A stretch of DNA of 64,000 bases from Octopus bimaculoides (Eukaryota). The notes beneath the pieces are model-generated. The model worked only from the letters and a program-made list of their open reading frames with translations, did no database searches and was not told where the DNA came from. The DNA is taken from positions 44,006,054 through 44,070,053 of the forward strand of contig NC_069000.1 in the NCBI RefSeq assembly GCF_001194135.2. Direction: 5' to 3'. Below, piece after piece: positions 45,347 to 56,128 of the stretch (the stretch's first letter is position 1; every line of letters begins with the position of its first letter). A program made the translations under genes and the position numbers.

Positions 45347-47541
45347 GGTAGGTACAAGGCATGAGATTGTGGAGGGGAGGCTAGTTGATTATGCCGAGCC
45401 CCATGCTCAAATGGACCTTAATTTTATTGACCCTAAAAGGATAAAAGGCAAAATTGACCTCAGCAGAATTTGAACAAGAATAATAATTCTTTGTACAATA
45501 GGCACAAAACCAGAAATCTGGTGAGAGACTGGAAACATGCACCAATGGAGAGATCAGAAACTGTCTTAGTGACAAGAACACCAGCATCTCTCTCTCAAAA
45601 TATAATGCCATTCTAAAAATAAACATTCACATCATCAAAATTTAAAAAGCTATTATGTAATCCATAATTAATTCAAAACAAAGTGAATCAATAACCTCTG
45701 CGTTTGACAGAGAAATCTGAATGCTAAAAGGTTAAGGAATCTTAACAAGCACAACATTTCTTCTCACCTGACTCAAAGAGTTCCTCCTCTAATTGCTTCA
45801 CATCTGTCTCCAAATATCTAATCTCCTGTTTCAGTTTTTCAATCTTTTTCTTCTTCTTCCCATTCTCTTCATTAAGGGCAATGAGCTGCTGCTCCTCTTC
45901 ACATCTTTGGCATTTTGTTAGGGAAGACAACAAGTTTTAAAGAGGTAAACACAGAGACCCTTTATGATTGAGAGGGCTGTTATAAATGGCACCAAATCTA
46001 CCTCAAATCATATCCTACTGTGTTAAGAACACATTGGATAATGTAGCCCTAGATACATTATTTCCATAAAAACAAAATATGTATATACTTTAAGCATGAC
46101 ACACAGCTTGCTATTTTTAACTAATACTGCTTGTCACTCACAACAATCAGTGAAGATGTTTAACATATCACAAGAAGGGGTTTCAGAAAAGGATACAGAC
46201 TTAAGTTCCCTCGTATCTTACTCAGCTTTCTGAAAATAGCAAAAAAAAAACAATCATATATTACAATACAAGATGATGGTGATGATGATGGTGGTGATGA
46301 CGATGATGATAGTGGTAGTGATGATAGTGAGGAAGATGCTGATGATGATGACGACAACGATGAGGGTGATGATGATGATGGTGATGATGATGACAACAAC
46401 AATAATGATACACTGATACAGTCAGACAAGTCCCCTCATCTTAGTTGTTAAAGCCACAACATCACCAGACATAACAGGCACCCAATGAAGGCCAGAGGGT
46501 CCGACAGCCAAAACATGGCAACTCCATTCGCTGAGACGAGGACATTAGTGACAATTTAACAGTTTGTTGTATGAGAAGAACCATAAACAAAATTATCAAG
46601 AAATTCCCCGACTTACCTGGTGGAAGCAACGTTTTCAATAACATATTTCCACACCTTTGCATTATTCCCTCCCATCGTTAACCTGGAGAAGAAAGACAAA
46701 AAAAAAAAAAGCATTTTAACATCCATCATTATTCTACAACAACAACAGTAGCAGTAGTATTAGTAGCAGTACAGCAATAGTAGTAGTAGTAGTAGCAACA
46801 ACAGCAGTATTATTATTATTATTAGTAGTAGTAGCAGCAGCAGTACAGCAGCAACAGTAGTAGTAGTAGTAGTAGTAGCAGCAGCAGCAACAGTAGTAGT
46901 AGTAGTAGTAGTTGTTGCAGCAGTAGTAGTAGTAGGAGGAGGAGGAGGGCATGCACTGTAATAGGGCGTCGCTGCATCCACCATTTGTTGTTGATTCCTT
47001 ACTCCTGGTAAATGACGCCTCTGTACCATTCAGGTGACAATCCTCCAACCTAAGGGTCTGTTTGGGTAGGCATTGCTGGCGAGTGTTTTATGAGGTCAGA
47101 GTGTAAATCCCACCTTGCTAGTGTCACATCAAAAGCATCCTGTAACACTCTATTAAGTGGTTGGCATTTGGAAGGGCAACCGACCATAGAAACCATGCCA
47201 AAACAAACAACGGAAACTGGTGGGGCTCCCAGCCTTACCAACCCATGTCAGCATGGAAAACAGACGTTAAATGGTAATGACACACACATGTGCACATACA
47301 ACAGGTTTTGTACAGTTTCCATCAACCAAATTTACTGACAAGGTATCGTGTATCTAGACAATCAAAGATTAAGTCAAAACAACAACAACAAGAACTTGAA
47401 AAACTGGAATATTATTTGAGGAACTCACGTTCTGAAGTTTTCAATGGTTGGCATGCGTGGGCAAGACGGTGGAGGACGAAACTGCATTTCTTTCGTTGCC
47501 CACTCGTAGAGGCGATAGGGTAGATCTCCAGGTTTAGTCAT
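33708..47541 (-). CDS. HAUS5: HAUS augmin-like complex subunit 5
   Basis: complement join(47429-47541,46617-46682,46197-46229,45768-45904,44849-45011,44314-44371,42988-43058,42404-42586,42038-42116,41433-41590,40532-40694,39461-39541,38049-38194,36217-36331,35315-35456,34864->34944,33708-33837), about 640 aa, phases consistent. The N-terminal LYEWATKEM...VWKYVIENV...KIRGNL, the FPMFK-APE segment and the C-terminal WETQPAQ...LTFDQWMERW match recalled HAUS5 motifs. Confidence 0.88.
34864..34944 (-). CDS. HAUS5: HAUS5 exon 16 (5' edge in gap 34945-34985)
   Basis: QNLKQDLKNVMSDIDSLAVLKHRIEE(W), donor gtaagg, ends phase 2. Confidence 0.82.
35315..35456 (-). CDS. HAUS5: HAUS5 exon 15
   Basis: APEHILSHISQLK...IIEKLG, phase 0 to 1. 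Confidence 0.87.
36217..36331 (-). CDS. HAUS5: HAUS5 exon 14
   Basis: CKIPRTELSINQL...VDFPMFK, phase 2 to 0. Confidence 0.87.
38049..38194 (-). CDS. HAUS5: HAUS5 exon 13
   Basis: MVNFVEEKLAP...LMTVDVNG, phase 0 to 2. Confidence 0.85.
39461..39541 (-). CDS. HAUS5: HAUS5 exon 12
   Basis: QKKSDLIQDLHQDFYSSKSELDNGHIQ, phase 0 to 0. Confidence 0.8.
40532..40694 (-). CDS. HAUS5: HAUS5 exon 11
   Basis: ELLQREVQVAGLEAS...IENMQMLI, phase 2 to 0. Confidence 0.87.
41433..41590 (-). CDS. HAUS5: HAUS5 exon 10
   Basis: ESQKSHIMNHI...DPQKMLMA, phase 0 to 2. Confidence 0.85.
42038..42116 (-). CDS. HAUS5: HAUS5 exon 9
   Basis: KKYEDQTSNSS...VYQLIS, phase 2 to 0. Confidence 0.82.
42404..42586 (-). CDS. 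HAUS5: HAUS5 exon 8
   Basis: WNQDDKEILQ...DFEAELSKLK, phase 2 to 2. Confidence 0.85.
42988..43058 (-). CDS. HAUS5: HAUS5 exon 7
   Basis: KNVRENIEKIYKDLLDMHQNNQA, phase 0 to 2. Confidence 0.82.
43976..44204. mobile_element. piggyBac-type MITE copy
   Basis: ttaaccctttcgttac ... cacgaaagggttga; internal sequence matches 5648-5876. Confidence 0.7.
44314..44371 (-). CDS. HAUS5: HAUS5 exon 6
   Basis: EASLYYCVNSSNKTETSCQ, phase 2 to 0. Confidence 0.8.
44849..45011 (-). CDS. HAUS5: HAUS5 exon 5
   Basis: DATLSDANAKL...SENVFDK, phase 1 to 2. Confidence 0.85.
45768..45904 (-). CDS. HAUS5: HAUS5 exon 4, coiled coil
   Basis: CEEEQQLIALNEENG...EELFES, phase 2 to 1. Confidence 0.8.
46197..46229 (-). 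CDS. HAUS5: HAUS5 exon 3 (KLSKIRGNLS)
   Basis: 33 nt, phase 2 to 2, conserved KIRGNL. Confidence 0.85.
46617..46682 (-). CDS. HAUS5: HAUS5 exon 2 (LTMGGNNAKVWKYVIENVAST)
   Basis: ctccag| ... |gtaagt, phase 2 to 2. Confidence 0.87.
47429..47541 (-). CDS. HAUS5: HAUS5 coding exon 1 (MTKPGDLPYRLYEWATKEM...)
   Basis: ATG at 47541, donor gtgagt, ends phase 2. An acceptor ttttcag just above 47578 implies an upstream UTR exon. Confidence 0.85.
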
Positions 47542-48659
47542 TTTTAAAACAATTATTATTATTATGTGGCAAGAAATTCTGAAAAAAAACAAAAAAAAAA
47601 CAACTTGATTTTAAAACTATGAAATGCAAGCGTGACTGTCGTCAGCATCGTTTTAATGATTCCCTTCGTGAAATCATTCATCGACTCACTTTATGAAAAT
47701 TTCTAAAATTAAATTAATATGTATAATTAATAAAATAGAAAAGTTTCTTGGTTTAAAAACAGTATTTCCTTTGTGTCATTACTACTTTTTTAATAACAAA
47801 TATTCAAAGAAATTTAATGGAAAATATTTAACGAAATTGATAAAGAACAATAAAAATTTCGCTCNNNNNNNNNNNNNNNNNNNNNNNNNNNNNNNNNNNN
47901 NNNNNNNNNNNNNNNNNNNNNNNNNNNNNNNNNNNNNNNNNNNNNNNNNNNNNNNNNNNNNNNNNNNNNNNNNNNNNNNNNNNNNNNNNNNNNNNNNNNN
48001 NNNNNNNNNNNNNNNNNNNNNNNNNNNNNNNNNNNNNNNNNNNNNNNNNNNNNNNNNNNNNNNNNNNNNNNNNNNNNNNNNNNNNNNNNNNNNNNNNNNN
48101 NNNNNNNNNNNNNNNNTGCATCGGAAATTATTGTCGTAGTCATAAGGTATTGCTTTCTTCCAGATTCAATTTGCAAATAATTCAAGCTCTATTAATGCGC
48201 AAAACCGCTTCAGGTGTTTCTCAACCCTTTAAGTCAGCTACATAGGCCAGCGGGGGGTCAATACTGATCACAGTGTCCACCCATCATACCTACATAAGTG
48301 TGCCTCCACTCCGGCTTTATGTCCTCATAACTTTCAAATGATGTAGATTACAATAATATATAAAAATATAAGAATTGGATGAGATATGACGGCTCGGCCG
48401 TCTCTCCCCAGTTCTTATATTAATCATTAAAATCCAGAAATACAACAATACGTGGGATAACGGTAACAACAGATCAATAGTTTATTCTAGGTCGGTGTAG
48501 AGCCATTTCGTTCCTGGGTGAACAGGCATGCCGCTAGAATACCAAAGAAAGCTTCGATCATTTGTCGGGGTCGAGTTGGGACAGCTTGGAAGAACGTCCT
48601 GTCACGACAGCTGCTGGATGGAATAAGAGATCGAACGCTATTTCTTTCTGTCCACCTGT

Positions 48660-48705
48660 TGCATTGCACATGCGCAATGGTACTTCCCAAGATGGCGGCC
48701 ACACG
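48660..48705. promoter_or_regulatory. Core of probable bidirectional promoter (HAUS5 - / ZNF +): NRF1-like GCACATGCGCA and YY1 AAGATGGCGGC
   Basis: Motifs at 48666-48676 and 48689-48699 in a locally CpG-richer segment between divergent genes. Confidence 0.55.
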
Positions 48706-50364
48706 CGCCACTACAAAAATTTGATGCGAAAAGTAAATCGGTATAGCCTGACACGCATTACATATATATATTCTCTACAAAAGGAAACTACAAATTTTCT
48801 AAATATTATGTGATGTGTGTTCGATTGTCAGGTTAGTTAATCGCACACGAAAAAAAAAAAAATTAAACGAGGAAAAATAATTATTTCCCACTGAAATCCA
48901 GAGGAGTATTGTGGCAATCAATTACAACAGAAAGGTATTTCTAGAAAATCTCCTTACAATAAAGGTATGCTAGTCGGCCGATCGCTGCTCTAACGGAATA
49001 GACGGCGAAGATACAGTTTTCAAATGAGAGTATATTAAAATTAATGCTTTCTTTCAAATGTTGTTTCTAATTAAATATTTATAAGTTACCTATATCGACA
49101 GTCTATCTCTCTCGTAACATACGTGCTTTTAAAATAAAGCTGTTGTTTTTATTTTTCTCCATATTGTAGACTGTTTCGTCTTCGATTCGAAACAATATTT
49201 AGTAAAAATCACAAATTTTAATATGTAATGATGTTCAAGAATTAGCAATTCTTTTATTTTAAAAGTATGATTATTATATATATCGTGTATTTACCGTTAA
49301 TTTCATTCAGGAGCAATTGGAACTCCCCGGAGACCCAAGTGAATGAAACACCCAGCAGAAATATTACGGGGACGTCAAAACTTTAATATGGTTAGATATA
49401 TATTTACAAGTGATCTTAACTGTCACATATTTATGACTTTAGCTTTCAGACTGGAAAACGAAGTCGTCAAGTGGTGTTCAACTTTCATTAAACGTTTCGA
49501 CATTTAACTACCACAATACTTTCCAGTTTACGGGTCCGCAGTGATGGCCATTCACTGCCCATCATTTCTTGGTTTCCAGTTCAATTCTTCCCATCTTGTT
49601 ACAGAGCCAACAAGATGTTTTTTCTGCTGTTTACCCACCAACCTTCGAGCATCTGCCTTCCTATTCATTTCTGTCACACCCACGCAAACAGTGCTAGAAA
49701 TCCTCAACTGCAAAAAAAGCCCCCAGACCTCCCAACCTCTTCCCCTAAATCGTTGAACCAGATCCAGCTACTTGGAAGCTTTCCCCACATTCATATGCCA
49801 AAGGACTGCCAGTTAAAACAGAGAAGGGGCGGGGGACAGAAAACGAACCAAATTTGCTAAAAATTGCGAGGTAAACAAATGTTTAAAATAAATTATCAAC
49901 GATATAAAATAACGGGATGGAAACTGCTCAAAATGCAAGGTATTTGGGGTATCTATACCATTGCCAATATAATAATAAAGGTTTAATTAATTAAAATAAG
50001 GCAAACTTACCAAATTTTCAGGCGGAAAAGAAATTTGAAAATCCCACAATTATGGAGTAAACAAATCTTTAAAGCATAAGAGCTCTCCAACAAAGGGGAA
50101 TTAACTAAGATTTCTAATAATGCTGTTAATGTTTAGCCCCAGGTCAGCCTTGTTTGAGTAAGTCTTATGATCAAAGGCGTTCCTGTCATAATCATCTCGT
50201 CTTATTTTTTCTATATATATTGATAAGAAGGACAACAAAAGAAAGAAAGAAAGAGACTTCGATATTATGTAAATAGAGGATCCGAAACTCGGATTTTTAT
50301 CATGGCTACTGAATAAGTGTCACATATTTTTACAGATATATATATATATACATGTATGTATACT

Positions 50365-50762
50365 CGTTTACTATTTTACTTGTTTCAGTCATTTGACTGC
50401 GGCCATGCTGAAGCACCACCTTTAGTCGAGCAAATCGACCCCCAGGACTTATTCTTTGTAAGCCTAGTACTTATTCTATCGGTTCATTTTGCCGAACCGC
50501 TAGTTTACGGGGACGTAAACACACCACCATCAGTTGCCAAGCGATGCTGGGTGGGGGGACAAACACACACACACACACATATATACATACATATATACGA
50601 CGGGCTTCTTTCAGTTTCCGTCTAACAAATCCACTCACAAGGTTTTGGTCGGCCCGAGGCTATAGTAGAAGACACTTGCCCAAGGTGTCACGCAGTCTGA
50701 CTGAACCCGGAACCATGTGATTGGTAAGCGAGCTACTTACCACACAGCCACTCCTGCGCCTA
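50365..50762 (-). mobile_element. tRNA-derived SINE, family A
   Basis: Full reverse-complement copy with CpGs largely intact. Confidence 0.85.
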
Positions 50763-51083
50763 TGTATGTATTGTGTTTGTGAGTGTGTGTGCCTTTATCC
50801 ACCAATACCACTTGTCAATGGTGTTGACTTGTTTACGCCGTCGTAACTTAGCGGTTTGACCATAGAGGCCGATAAAATAAGTGCCGGGCTTTAAAATTTA
50901 TTAGTACTGGAGCTTATTCGTTCAACTAAAAGCCTTTGTAGGCGGTGCCCCAAGACGGCCGCAGTCTGATGAGTGAAACGGACACAAGAAAGACAAAAGA
51001 TAAAAGGTTATCGCAATAAAAAAAATTCTTTAAATAATTAAATAATTAATTAAATAAAAAATAATTTTCACTTTTGCCTCCAG

Positions 51084-51102
51084 TGGCCACCAGGTGGCTG
51101 CA
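51084..51102 (+). promoter_or_regulatory. CTCF-like motif
   Basis: TGGCCACCAGGTGGCTGCA matches core CCASYAGRKGGC with one mismatch just downstream. Confidence 0.5.
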
Positions 51103-52757
51103 ACAAGCAGAGAAAGAGAGAGAGAGTTACGTCCCTTCGTTGGCCATTTTTCCCCTTTAATAAATTCTTCATCAAAGTCTCAAAATATTATGATTTCCTA
51201 TTAAAATCTACATTCATTCTTCCATTAAAATAATGCATCCGTTTGTGCCGGATATTCTTTATGTCTGGCTACAGCTTGACTTGCATCTTGCAGCAACCGA
51301 TCGTTCACCGCAATATGTAGGTAAGTGCAGTATTCTACGCCTTGTCCATTTCATGTCCCTTTATTATTATTATCATTATTATTATTATTATAAATATAAA
51401 TATATTTAAATGGCTTGCTTTGATTTGGACCGTCACTAGATTCTGTTGTGTGTGTAGGCACTTCTAATCTGCGATTAAGATTTGTAGTATTACGCGTTTG
51501 TGAGATGTATATATGCGTTGCAGGTATATATGTGTGTATGTATAAATATATAGATATACGATATATATCTATATATATATACATACACACATACGTCATA
51601 ATGTATATGTGGGTATATTTGTGGTGGGTGCGTGTTTATGTTCGCGTATATTTGTATGTCTGGATAACCGTTTTCGGATGTGGGTGTGTATGTTTGTATG
51701 TATATGCGCACGCGCGTCTATATATATGTATATATATTCTGTCTGCATAAATAACATACGTGTGTATGTATATATAGATATATATATATATATTACATCC
51801 TCTCTGCATTACAGTTATGTGTGTATATGAAGCGATGTATCAAATATCCAACATGTCCCTCTCCATATACATTTTACTTAAGTGTTAATACATTGTTCTA
51901 CGAATTTGTCTTTATGTAGGATGTGTATATTTATATGTCTATATATATAATGTGTGTGCTGTTGTGTAATTTGTAGATGTGCCAGTGTTTGTATATGATT
52001 CTATGTGACTATCGAATAGATGTGCGTTCGAGTCTTGCTAGCTCCTCCCTTTTTTTCATTTTCTTCCTTATATGGGTCCTTTGCTTTGTTACAATGTTGT
52101 ATTATGTTTATATTTGTATCCCTATGAGTAAGTTTGTATTTGCAATCTTGTATATGAGCGCAGCAGTGCTAGAGTCCCAGCACATTGTGTGCTTAGTTTT
52201 CATAGAAACCCTGGGCCCATAACGCACACGACGTGTTTCTGCACACTTTCTCTCTACGTATTTCACATACAAGGCAAAAATAATACGACAGTTAGGCACT
52301 TTGTCGTGAACTGGGATCGAACTTCGAACCGCACGATTGCGAATCGGACGCCTTAACCACACAACCATTGTTACACACTACTTCTAGACTTGTCTGTGAA
52401 GAGCTTACATCATCGATGCCGACCAGTTTTGTTTAGCGAACACGAAGAAGCTCTCAGAACATCGATAATTTGATGATGATGATAATAATTTATTAGTATA
52501 TTACGAAATTCCATAATTTCTTACGGCTCTCCGGAAGTTATGTGCAAGAACTGTTAAATGGTTGTCGTAAAGTTTTTTTTCTTTTGTGTGTGTGTGTGGT
52601 TTGTAACACAAAAAAGTAAAGAGAGAAAAAGGATGAACAGGTTTAAGACAAGTTCTACACGATCTGATGTTGTCTCCTCCTCCGAGAGTTGACATTCAGT
52701 CAATGAATGCAGGACAAAATAAACGACAACACTTTTAATCGCAAACCAATATCTCCG

Positions 52758-52796
<39 letters not shown>

Positions 52797-52829
52797 CGTA
52801 TGAATTTATGCATCAAGCATGAATTGCTT

Positions 52830-53225
52830 GATTGGCATGTAAAAAGCACCATTTGAGAGTGGTCAATGCCAGTGCCACTTGACTGGCTCCCACGCCGGTG
52901 GCACATATAAAGCACCATTTGAGCGTGGTCAATACCACTGCTACCTGACTGGCTCCGATGCCGGTGGCACATAAAAAGCACCATTCAAGTGTGGTCGTTG
53001 CCAGTGCTGCCTGACTGGTCCTCATGCCGGTGGCACGTAAAAAGCACCCACTACACTCTCGGAGTGGTTGGTGTTAGGAAGGGCATCCAGCTGTAGAAAC
53101 TCTGCCAGATCAGATTGGAGCCTGGTGCAGCCTTCTGGCTTGCCAGTCCTCAGTCAAACCATCCAACCCATGCCAGCATGGAAAGTGGACAATAAACGAC
53201 GATGATGATGATGATGATGATGATA
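52830..53225 (+). mobile_element. SINE family D with (GAT)n tail and internal ~63-bp tandem units
   Basis: Tail ccaacccatgccagcatggaaag...acgatgatg. Other copies at about 27060-27230, 33900-34160(-), 34460-34690(-), 35600-35880, 38225-38640(-), 43580-43750(-), 54305-54475(-), 55395-55650(-). Confidence 0.8.
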
Positions 53226-53453
53226 CACAGTAATCCCTTGTCATATTGTGGTTTATTATTTAAGCTTACATCAATTCCCCCGTGTTGTTGTTTTGCATTT
53301 CTAATAAAATAAATACATACAAATGATAATAAATAATAATAATAATAAAAATATATACTGTACAGTACTGTTTCTACTTTATGGATGTTCACCGATCACA
53401 GGGACTTTTGGAACGTAACACCCGCAATAGTCAAGGGATTACTATATATATAT

Positions 53454-53503
<50 letters not shown>

Positions 53504-53643
53504 TCACTCACTCACACACACGCACACACACACACATATTTATACATACAGAATATATAAANNNNNNNNNNAATATCTGTATTTACATCTACACATACAT
53601 ACATATATATATAAATATGTGTGTCTGTCTGTATGTATACATG

Positions 53644-53684
<41 letters not shown>

Positions 53685-55818
53685 AATGATAATAAATAAT
53701 AATATATATATATATGATATTAAATGACATTTTGTAGTAAAATTTAAGGATGCTTGAGATATAAAATATGAAACAAGTCTTGTTTTTTTTCTGTATTTGA
53801 CAAAAGAAAGGGAAAAAAAATCAATGAAAATTATCGGAAATAACACAGAATTAACAAAAAAAATGTGTCATGTTATTTCTGTTCTGTCATGTCATACATT
53901 TACTGGAAATGTAAAACCTGAAATAGAAGAGAAAAAATCCAAAATATATTCTCTCCTCCTCTCCTTCATCAGCCTTTTCTGTCTATATCTTTGTTAAATT
54001 ACCTTTATGTTTTAAAAGCTCATCTTAACCTTTACCTATCTCTATCTGTCTCTATCCCTCTTTCTTTCTCTCTCTCTTACTCTCTTTCCCTCTGTTTAAT
54101 AATCTCTGGTATGGTCTTCATAGTTATTATCCTTCAGTCCTTCCATAATGTTTTTGCAGTTATCATTAAGGCACTACTGTTTACTGGATAGCAATGGCAT
54201 GAATGATATATGTGTGTACATACATATGTATATATACATATGTGTGTGTGTATAGATATATATGCATATATACGCACACACATTATACACACACAGACAC
54301 ACACACATCATCATCATCATCATCGTTTAACGTCCGCTTTCCATGCTAGCATGGGTTGGACGATTTGACTGAGGACTGGTGAAACCGGATGGCAACACCA
54401 GGCTCCAATCTAAATTTGGCAGAGTTTCTACAGCTGGATGCCCTTCCTAACGCCAACCACTCAGAGAGTGTAGGAATATATATATATATANNNNNNNNNN
54501 NNNNNNNNNNNNNNNNNNNNNNNNNNNNNNNNNNNNNNNNNNNNNNNNNNNNNNNNNNNNNNNNNNNNNNNNNNNNNNNNNNNNNNNNNNNNNNNNNNNN
54601 NNNNNNNNNNNNNNNNNNNNNNNNNNNNNNNNNNNNNNNNNNNNNNNNNNNNNNNNNNNNNNNNNNNNNNNNNNNNNNNNNNNNNNNNNNNNNNNNNNNN
54701 NNNNNNNNNNNNNNNNNNNNNNNNNNNNNNNNNNNNNNNNNNNNNNNNNNNNNNNNNNNNNNNNNNNNNNNNNNNNNNNNNNNNNNNNNNNNNNNNNNNN
54801 NNNNNNNNNNNNNNNNNNNNNNNNNNNNNNNNNNNNNNNNNNNNNNNNNNNNNNNNNNNNNNNNNNNNNNNNNNNNNNNNNNNNNNNNNNNNNNNNNNNN
54901 NNNNNNNNNNNNNNNNNNNNNNNNNNNNNNNNNNNNNNNNNNNNNNNNNNNNNNNNNNNNNNTATATATATATATATATATGTCAGGGACGTGTCACCTG
55001 GGTAGGCAAGGTAAGCAGTGCCTTCCTTGAATAAAATAGATCAATAGTAACATTTTCCTTTTATGGCAAAATATGCACCTAATTCAATAAAATTATGAAG
55101 GTTACTCTGATTACTCTGCATAAAATGCAAAAAATCTTATTTTATTTTTTTGTAGATTCGGTAGGCATAATTTGCCCTTGCTTTTCAATCTCAGTATTAA
55201 AGCTCCACATCTCTTCTATTCATTTCTTCACTTTCCGCATAGCTACAACAGCCGGTTACCCTTCTTACTATCGTGAGCCAAATTTCTATGCAGACTGAAT
55301 ACATTTTATTGCAAGACTGGCTCTAAAGAAGCTGCATGTTGCAAGACTAACAACTCCCCTCTACCTTATGTCATTTTGCTTTTACTCAGAGTAATCATCA
55401 TCATCATTGTTTAATGTCTGCTTTCCATGCTGGCATGGGTGGGACAGTTTGACAGGAGCCTCCCAGGAAGAAGCCAGCACCAGACTTCTAGGGTTTTTAC
55501 AGCTGGATGCCCTTCCTAACACCAACCACCCAACATAGTGGACTGAGTTCTTTTTACATGGCACAAGCACAGGCGAGGTCAGTTTTGACATGGTTTTTTC
55601 ACAGCTGGATGCCCTTCCAAACGCCAACCATTTTACAGTGTGGACTGGATGCTTTTGAAGTGGTTGTACCCGTAAATACATTGCCTACATTTCTTCACTT
55701 CATTTACCAATTACATCTATACGACACAAATATAGTTTTTGACTGACTATTTTTTTTATTATTATTTCTTCTTTTAATTTAATTTTTTTAATATTTTTCT
55801 TTCTTTTGTCTTTTATAG

Positions 55819-55888
55819 GTGTTGCTGGAATGAGATTGGTCAGTTAGTGAGCACCATGAAAGTGTTACCTTCCTTTTCCTATAATCTG
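55819..55888 (+). other. Probable 5'UTR exon of the ZNF gene
   Basis: Polypyrimidine tract + ttatag| ... CTG|gtaagg, 235 nt upstream of the coding exon. Confidence 0.55.
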
Positions 55889-56128
55889 GTAAGGTAACAG
55901 TTATACATACATCTACATATATATATATATATATATATATGTAATCACACACACATATAAGCATATAGATATGTGTGTATAATTTTCAGCTGCTGTCCTT
56001 TTTCTTTTTCTCTCTTCCCGAGTACTATGTCTTGTGTATACTTTTGGCTGAGATCGAAGTAGAGAAAGAGAAAGAAGCAATCAAACTTGAGAAAGAAGTC
56101 TGTTTGGAGTTTTGTTTTGATAGACAAG

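Noticed and set aside
50960-50985. ctgatgagtgaaac as a hammerhead core
   Set aside because: No stem II; it is a variant of the SINE tail gtcaaatgactgaaac
52293-52368. tRNA-like sequence on - strand with A and B boxes
   Set aside because: No convincing acceptor stem and it continues into repeat-like sequence; more likely a SINE head than a tRNA gene
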